NCBI GenBank assembly: GCA_964016885.1
Contig: OZ024740.1
Span: 375,720,001-375,784,000, forward strand
DNA from: Eledone cirrhosa
Lineage: Eukaryota
Direction of reading: 5' to 3'
Length of the DNA stretch: 64,000 bases
The notes below the pieces were generated by a model. The model did not search any database and had not been told where the DNA came from. It was given only the letters and a program-made list of their open reading frames with translations. Made by a program: the position numbers and the translations under genes. Of the stretch, positions 57,684 through 64,000 are shown piece after piece (the first letter of the stretch is position 1; the number at the start of each line of letters is the position of its first letter).

Positions 57684-59664
57684 AATGAAATAACAGGAGG
57701 CTGGACTGATTTAAATCGTTGAAAGGTTTATTATACTATGATAATTTCAACGATTGGGTTCCATATGAATCCGGTGATATCATCAGGTATTGGAATATAA
57801 CACAGGAATATGTAAAAAGCCATGGGTCCGAAAATCAGAGACAGAGAGGACGGCTGACCAACTAGTTTCTCAGCCAGCCGCCCTCAAAGGGTTGGCAACT
57901 GAAAACTACCAATGAATATCTGGTGAGGGGGCGAAAGCTTATAATGCACTACCACCACACAGTCAAAGAAGAAGGGGAAGAAAGAAAGGGAGAAAGAAGT
58001 GTAGTGTAAGGGTCATACTACATTCATGTTAGAAAATGCCGCGAAAAAAATGCTACCCAAAGAATCTATAATGGGTGTCTGTATGGTCTAATGTGTGAAC
58101 CGAAGATTGGAACGTTAAACTTATATTGCGAGTTATAGGATGAAATTAAATTAAATTAATAATATTAAATTGCAAAATGGTAAATTGAAAAATAGATGTA
58201 GCGAGATTTATTTATTTAATGAACTTACGGAGACTGTCTTATATGAAATAAATGCTTAACTCGATAATATATTAGGATGGGATATAGAGTAAAGATTTCG
58301 ATTTGGAGCCCAGCCAGCACACCCACCACCATGAGTCAGCCAGTCTCGAGTGGTATCGTCCAGCGAAAGAAATGGAAATTAATTTTTCCGAGTACTCTAG
58401 GAACGTAGCTAACTTTGGCCCCGGGATCGCTAACGGGAACTCCACAATTTCGACAGGCCATCGTCAATACCACGAATACTATTAAATCACACATTAGGGG
58501 TTTATTTACGTGTCAGTAGAGGCATGATACAGCTAATAGTTATGCCCAAACCTGGAGTTTGTAGGTACACGTATAATGTGGCGGCCAAATGAGGCGGCGC
58601 GGTGGGACCGGGGCAAAGCAATCCGTTCCGAGTAATTTTATTTACCGAAAGAGGAGAAATTTATTTTTCCGAGCACTCAAGGAAGGCTGAACTTTCCGAG
58701 TGCCCAGCGCGCAGCCGGGAAAAGCCACCACACAAGTAGAATGTAACAACCCAATGAAAAGTGCAAATAGACCAAAATTATTTTAAAGTCCCAGTTAGTC
58801 CGGGTTATAGGTAGTGTGGTTCTTAGGTGGGTAGGGGCTATGAAAGGTGCATAATGACCTGAGTAAGTAAAAGTTACAAAAAAATACGAAAAAATAATAA
58901 AAGCAGCATACAAAGATAAAATACCAATATAAAGATAGAATACATTGTTAAAAATACATTAATAAAATAATAAAAAAATAATAAAATATACATTAATGAG
59001 ATAGTAATCAAAATTAATAAAGATAAATAAGAATCAATATAGATCAAGTTGTAGTAAGATAATACAAGTTGTACATATAGATATAGATATAGAGGATGTA
59101 GGAGATGGAATGGTAACAGGTTGTACCTAGTGTAAAGTTGGGGTCTCCGAATTCAGTGCGAGTCACAAAAAGTCCTGAGGTATAGAGTAGAGAATTCAGT
59201 CAATACAATACATGTTTTAGTAAAATACGTAGAGTTTTGTCGGAATCAGAATCATTCCGATAAGGAAGTAGTATCAGGTGGCGGTAGATAAGGCTCAGAG
59301 CAGCCAAAATCCGAATGGTAAGTAAATCAGTAAATCCCATGCTGGTAATAGATGTACACTGAAGTCAGTGGCGCTGTTCAATATTATATTTTGAAGTGCT
59401 CAACATTATAGGAGCATTATTTTTTTAGGTTTGTTGGTTCACCATTGGATAGAACTGGTCATTCCGTATGGTCAATTCTGGTGTAATATTGTGAAGAGTA
59501 CTCAACGCAGTGCAGTTCACCCATCTTCGTTTGTGTAGTTGGTGGTGCGAATACGGAGTTAATTATAAATGAAATAACAGGAGGCTGGACTGGTGTAAAT
59601 CCTTGAAAGGTTTCTTATACTATGATCATTTCAATGACCGGGTTCCATATGAATCCGGTGATAT
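57682..59664 (-). mobile_element. Non-coding element bounded by ~100-bp hammerhead-containing direct repeats (retrozyme-like or deleted PLE)
   Basis: 57682-57780 is repeated at 59566-59664 (offset 1884 bp); no long ORF between them. Confidence 0.65.
57733..57790 (-). ncRNA. Type-I hammerhead (family H)
   Basis: AUAC CUGAUGA UAUCACCGGAUUC..GAACCCAAUCGUU GAAA UUAUCA UA GUAU. The second copy (59617-59664) has ACCGG/CCGGU and palindromic UGAUCA but is cut before CUGAUGA. Confidence 0.7.
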
Positions 59665-59669
59665 ATATA

Positions 59670-60023
59670 CATATCAACTAGAAATTGATTGACATATGTA
59701 TATATTTAAAATAAACACAGGAAACAATCACAGGGGATGATTTGTAAAGTGTGTAATCACACATATCTTCCCCCTTGCTGAAGATCCAAGATTTGACTAC
59801 TGTGACTTTACGGATTATTGGTGAAATATAGTTATTTAATGAGGTATATACAAGGAGGATTAATCATTTTTTACAAGCTAATATTTGAAGCTCTAGTTAA
59901 ACTTTAATTAGTTACGTACCTAGCTATGTGTGATTACACACTTTACAAATTATCCCCTGTGATTGTTTCATGTGTTAATTTTAAATATATATATATATAT
60001 GTCAATCAATTTGTAGTTGATAT
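59670..60023. repeat. Fold-back with ~95-bp arms and a hammerhead-like motif in the loop (59771-59844, +)
   Basis: 59670-59765 is inverted at 59925-60023; loop CUUG CUGAAGA UCCAA..UUGGU GAAA UAUAGUUA UU UAA. Confidence 0.7.
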
Positions 60024-60140
60024 GAAATGCTCGTATCTATTCATTGGAATCCTTTAGCTTATTCTACGGTGAATATGGCGCATGTCTCGGATATGACTCC
60101 CTTAATTTAATTTAATTAAATATATTTCGGATACATATAC

Positions 60141-60206
<66 letters not shown>

Positions 60207-60211
<5 letters not shown>

Positions 60212-63200
60212 CAATAAATTTGAAGACTAAAATCCAAAGAGGACTCGATAAGGATAATTATATATCAAATATATATGAACCGTAGAGCAAATATTTATTA
60301 AAATAACAGATTAAAGCAATAATCGCACCCTTAACGGGATCTTCTGAAACTAAAAAAAATCAATCTGTGAACGCAGAAGTATATATTTCGAAAAACGTTG
60401 CAACCGAAGGAAGGCAGGATGACGATACTTTCGTCCGTGGAAACGTTCCCTGGCAAAGAACGAAATAAAACGATAATACGTTATTATTTGGAGCGGTAAA
60501 AACAATTACACGCAAAGACAAAACCACGTTTTTTGGTATAAACGAAGTTGCTGAATAATATTCTATTAGGTGGTTCCCTGGCAATAAACGGAAAAATCGA
60601 AGATAATACGTCATTATGTGGACCGATGAGAAGAATTACACGCAAAAGGAAAACCACGTTTATGGTATAACTGAAGTCGTAGACTAAGATTCTATTTAGG
60701 AAACCGAATGATTCACGGCTTCAATGTTAAGAATAATTCAACGCTGCTGGGTTTAAAATCACCTCTGATCTCAACCATCATGGACCGGACTGCACCTCTG
60801 GACCCTATTTCTCCCCACTTTATCCTGAAGGATCACAAATCCAATATCCCTAACCACGCCTCTATTCGGCTTATTAACCCTACGAAGTCCGATTTAGGTA
60901 GACTTGGTAAAAGGATTTTAAATAGACTTATACCTGCAATTATAAGCTTGGCTCCTCTTGCACTGTAGCACAATTCTTTCGCGGTGCTTGATTGGCATAT
61001 GCAATAAGGATCATTGCCGTTTTATCCAATTCGATATCAATAATTACTACTCCTCTATCACTTTACAACTCCTTCTCAGAGCTATCAATTTCGCTAAAAC
61101 GCTCACGGTGTTTAAGGATTTCGAAGGTGATGTCATCCTCAATGCCCGTAAGTCGGTGATTAATTCCGACGACTCTATTTGGATAAAAAAATCGAATAGT
61201 ACCCAATTCGATGTGAGTATGGGCGCCAGCCATTCTGCGGAGATTACTGCTCTTATCGGCCTTTTCTTTCTTTCCTCTATCAAGGAAGAATTCCCAACGT
61301 GGGCGGTGGTTTGTACCGTGATGACGGTCTTTTGACCTTGACAAATTGTGGCCCACGTACACAGGTTCAGAAAAGAACTCACAGCTTTCGTTAAAGGGTT
61401 CAACCTCTCCATACAGGTTGAGGCCAAACTCTCGGTCGTTAATTACCTCGATATTACCTTCAATTTGTCGAATGGCTTTTACTAACCGTATAAAAAGCCG
61501 AATGATACGCATAATTACATAAGCAAGCATTCTAACCATCCTGCCAGCATAAGCAAGAACCTGGTAAGAAACGTTTCTTTGAGACTTTCCCGTTATTCTA
61601 CAAACGACCATATTTTCACCGACCAATCCACATATTACAATGAAGCTCTTGCTCTGAGTGGATTTGTCGATAAGGTAGCATATGCCGAGTATGAGCATAG
61701 ACCTAGGAAAATAGATCCCGAGGCATTATATGGTATAACCCACCATATAACATGGAGGTGGCCACAACATTAGCTAAGATCTTTCTCTCCCTTATTATGA
61801 AGCACCCTCCCCCTTCCAGCACATAAATATAATAACATTTTTAATAGAAATAACATTGAAATTTCTTACTCTACGACTCCTAACCTTGCACACAACATCA
61901 CTGCTTCAAATTTAGCTAAATTACCTAGTCGTAGGAACACGCACCACCCTGTAGCTAGTACTAACTGTAATTGTAGGAATCGGGTTGAATGCTCCCTATC
62001 CGGGAAATGCCTCTCCAATAACATTGTCTACAAATGTAAGGTTGAGACACCCACGTCACGTAGGGTCTACATAGGTGTAACCGTCAATAGCTCAATCAGC
62101 GTATTTACATGCATACTCATTCTTTTTCTAACCCTTTAAGAAGGAATATGACGTCACTTTCAGCTTATATCTGCAGTTTAAAAGACAACCACACCCAATA
62201 TAGGTTACACTGGGAGATCCTAGCTAAAGCTAGATCGTATAAGGGAGCTAAAAGACCATGTGACCTCTGTGCCACTGAAGCCCTGGAAATACTCTACGCC
62301 AAAGACCACATCTTAAACAAAAAATCTGAGGAAATTTCGACTTGTAAACATAAATTGCACAACATTTTCCTGTATTACAGCCCCACTTTATACCCTAACG
62401 GATAGTACGAACTATACGCGGATGATTTACATCTTGATGTGGTAGCTAAGTATATTTTATGTTTATACCATTACTTATGTGTATAGGTAAATATATATTA
62501 CCTGTATGTTTTGTGAAGGTACGTATACTTTCTCGTACGTATATTTGCTTGTATTCTTATAGGCGTATATAATATATTATATATACTGGTATATGTTTAT
62601 ATGGGTATGCGTATACGTGAGTTTTGCGTGTGTGTGTGTGTGTGTATGCGTGTTGCACATATGTAGGGTGTGTGTATATGTGCACTTTGTGTTTTGGTTG
62701 ACGTGTGTTTAGCGAACATATGTGTATTTACATGTGGGTGCGTGTGTGCGCGCGTTATATACGCATTTATGTGTGTATATTTATATACGTTTATATAATT
62801 ATATGTATACACGCACACGTACACACACATATATATATTATATATTTTTTTCTTTACATATGTTTTTTGTGTATTTGCTGTATACGTTCGTGTGTGTGCG
62901 GGTGCAGGTGTTGCGTGGGGTTTTGTATGTGCGCGCGTAGTTTTGTGTACGTCCCTGTATTTGCATACCCATGGCGGGTGTTTCCGCGTATGCATGTGTA
63001 TGTACGTATATGGATGCGTGCATCTATATATTTAATTATTGTTGATTTCAATAACCTGTGTAATTTATTTACATTATTCTTAACTCCGAATCATTCGGTT
63101 TCCTAAATAGAATTTTAGTCTACGACTTCAGTTATACGTTGATCGTGGTTTTCTCCTTGCGTGTAATTGTTCTTATCGGTCCACATAATGATGTATTATC

Positions 63201-63272
63201 TTCGTTTTTTTTCGTTCATTGCCAGGGAACGTCTCCACGTACCACCTAATAGAATATTAATCTACGACTTCA
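60207..63272 (+). mobile_element. Second, more degraded copy of the 23832-26955 Hydra-type PLE with inverted 5' pseudo-LTR
   Basis: ORFs 60708-60968, 60958-61335 and 62109-62405 are homologous to 24037-25953. 60207-60540 matches 23832-24160, and ~60555-60700 is inverted at ~63100-63272. Confidence 0.9.
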
Positions 63273-63420
63273 TCTATATATATATGCAAGTTTACGAGTC
63301 TGTGTGTCCGCCTAAAACTAGCAAACAACCGGACCAAACTCCTCACAATTACATGTACATATTCACTATACATTCGGACAGATAACGGTCGAAAACTTTT
63401 ACTTTGCAAAGCAAGGAATT
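63273..63420 (+). mobile_element. Probable Helitron 5' end
   Basis: A|TCTATATATATAT followed by GTCTGTGTGTCCG, resembling the start at 21820; truncates the PLE pseudo-LTR. 3' end not seen. Confidence 0.4.
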
Positions 63421-63504
63421 CATTTAAATTCAATTTGTCTTATTTTCTAAAGAATAGCAAAAGAGATCATCAATTTTGTTTTTTTATGTTCTCCAGTCTG
63501 TAGA

Positions 63505-63760
63505 TAAGAGAGTGAAGGATGGGAGAGAGAAAGAGAGAGAGTAAGGGATGAGAGAGAAAGAGAGAGAGTGAGTGGATGGGAGAGAGAGAGTAAGGGGATG
63601 AGAGAGAAAGAGAGAGAGAGAGTGGATGGGAGAGAGAAAGAAAGAGAGTAAGGATTGCGTTAGAGAGTAGAAGATGGGAGATAGAGAGTAAGGGGATGTG
63701 AGAGGGAAAGAAAGAAAGTAAAGGGATGAGAGAGAAATACGATGAAAGAGAGAGGGGGAA
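63505..63760. repeat. Purine-rich degenerate minisatellite (GGATG(A/G)GAGAGAGAAAGAGAGAGAGT)
   Basis: Direct reading. Confidence 0.85.
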
Positions 63761-64000
63761 AGTAACTAGCGTTGTTAACTTTTATGTATTTATTATTTTT
63801 ACACACTTCTTAACTCTCCCAATGTTATTTATCTTTTATTTGTTTTTTGTTTGCAATTCTGTAGAAAATGAGTGAGAGAAACTGATGGCCTCTCTAAGGT
63901 GGATGTAGTTATCTGACCTCAACTTAGTTTGAATACTTCGCAGAAAACCCAATCATTCTGTTTCCATTTTGGTATCCATGTCCACCATGAACTGGCTGGT

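Overview
AT-rich, microsatellite-dense eukaryotic (animal) DNA, most likely intronic or intergenic. The tRNA-derived Meta-domain SINE family and extreme (TA)n/(CA)n content suggest a mollusc or cephalopod (inference). No host gene is securely identified, and nearly all of the ORF track is microsatellite or antisense noise. The window is a nest of mobile elements. It holds at least six Penelope-like retroelement (PLE) insertions, one of them young with an intact 721-aa RT + GIY-YIG ORF (50373-52538, minus; CxCx5C linker as in the Hydra clade). Also present are two tandem R4/Dong-type RLE retrotransposons, RTE and CR1/L2 LINE pieces (one RTE with a twin-priming 5' inversion), six SINEs, a Buster-type hAT transposon with TIRs and an 8-bp TSD, and Helitron ends. 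The most striking layer is non-coding: about 20 type-I hammerhead ribozyme (HHR) motifs in about 10 sequence families, read by eye in the PLE pseudo-LTRs and in short fold-back elements inserted into (TA)n. Several fold-backs carry a ribozyme on each strand, and several families carry non-canonical cores shared between copies (U3-A8, U4A, U10.1-U11.1). All folds were derived manually and boundaries are approximate unless a motif is quoted.
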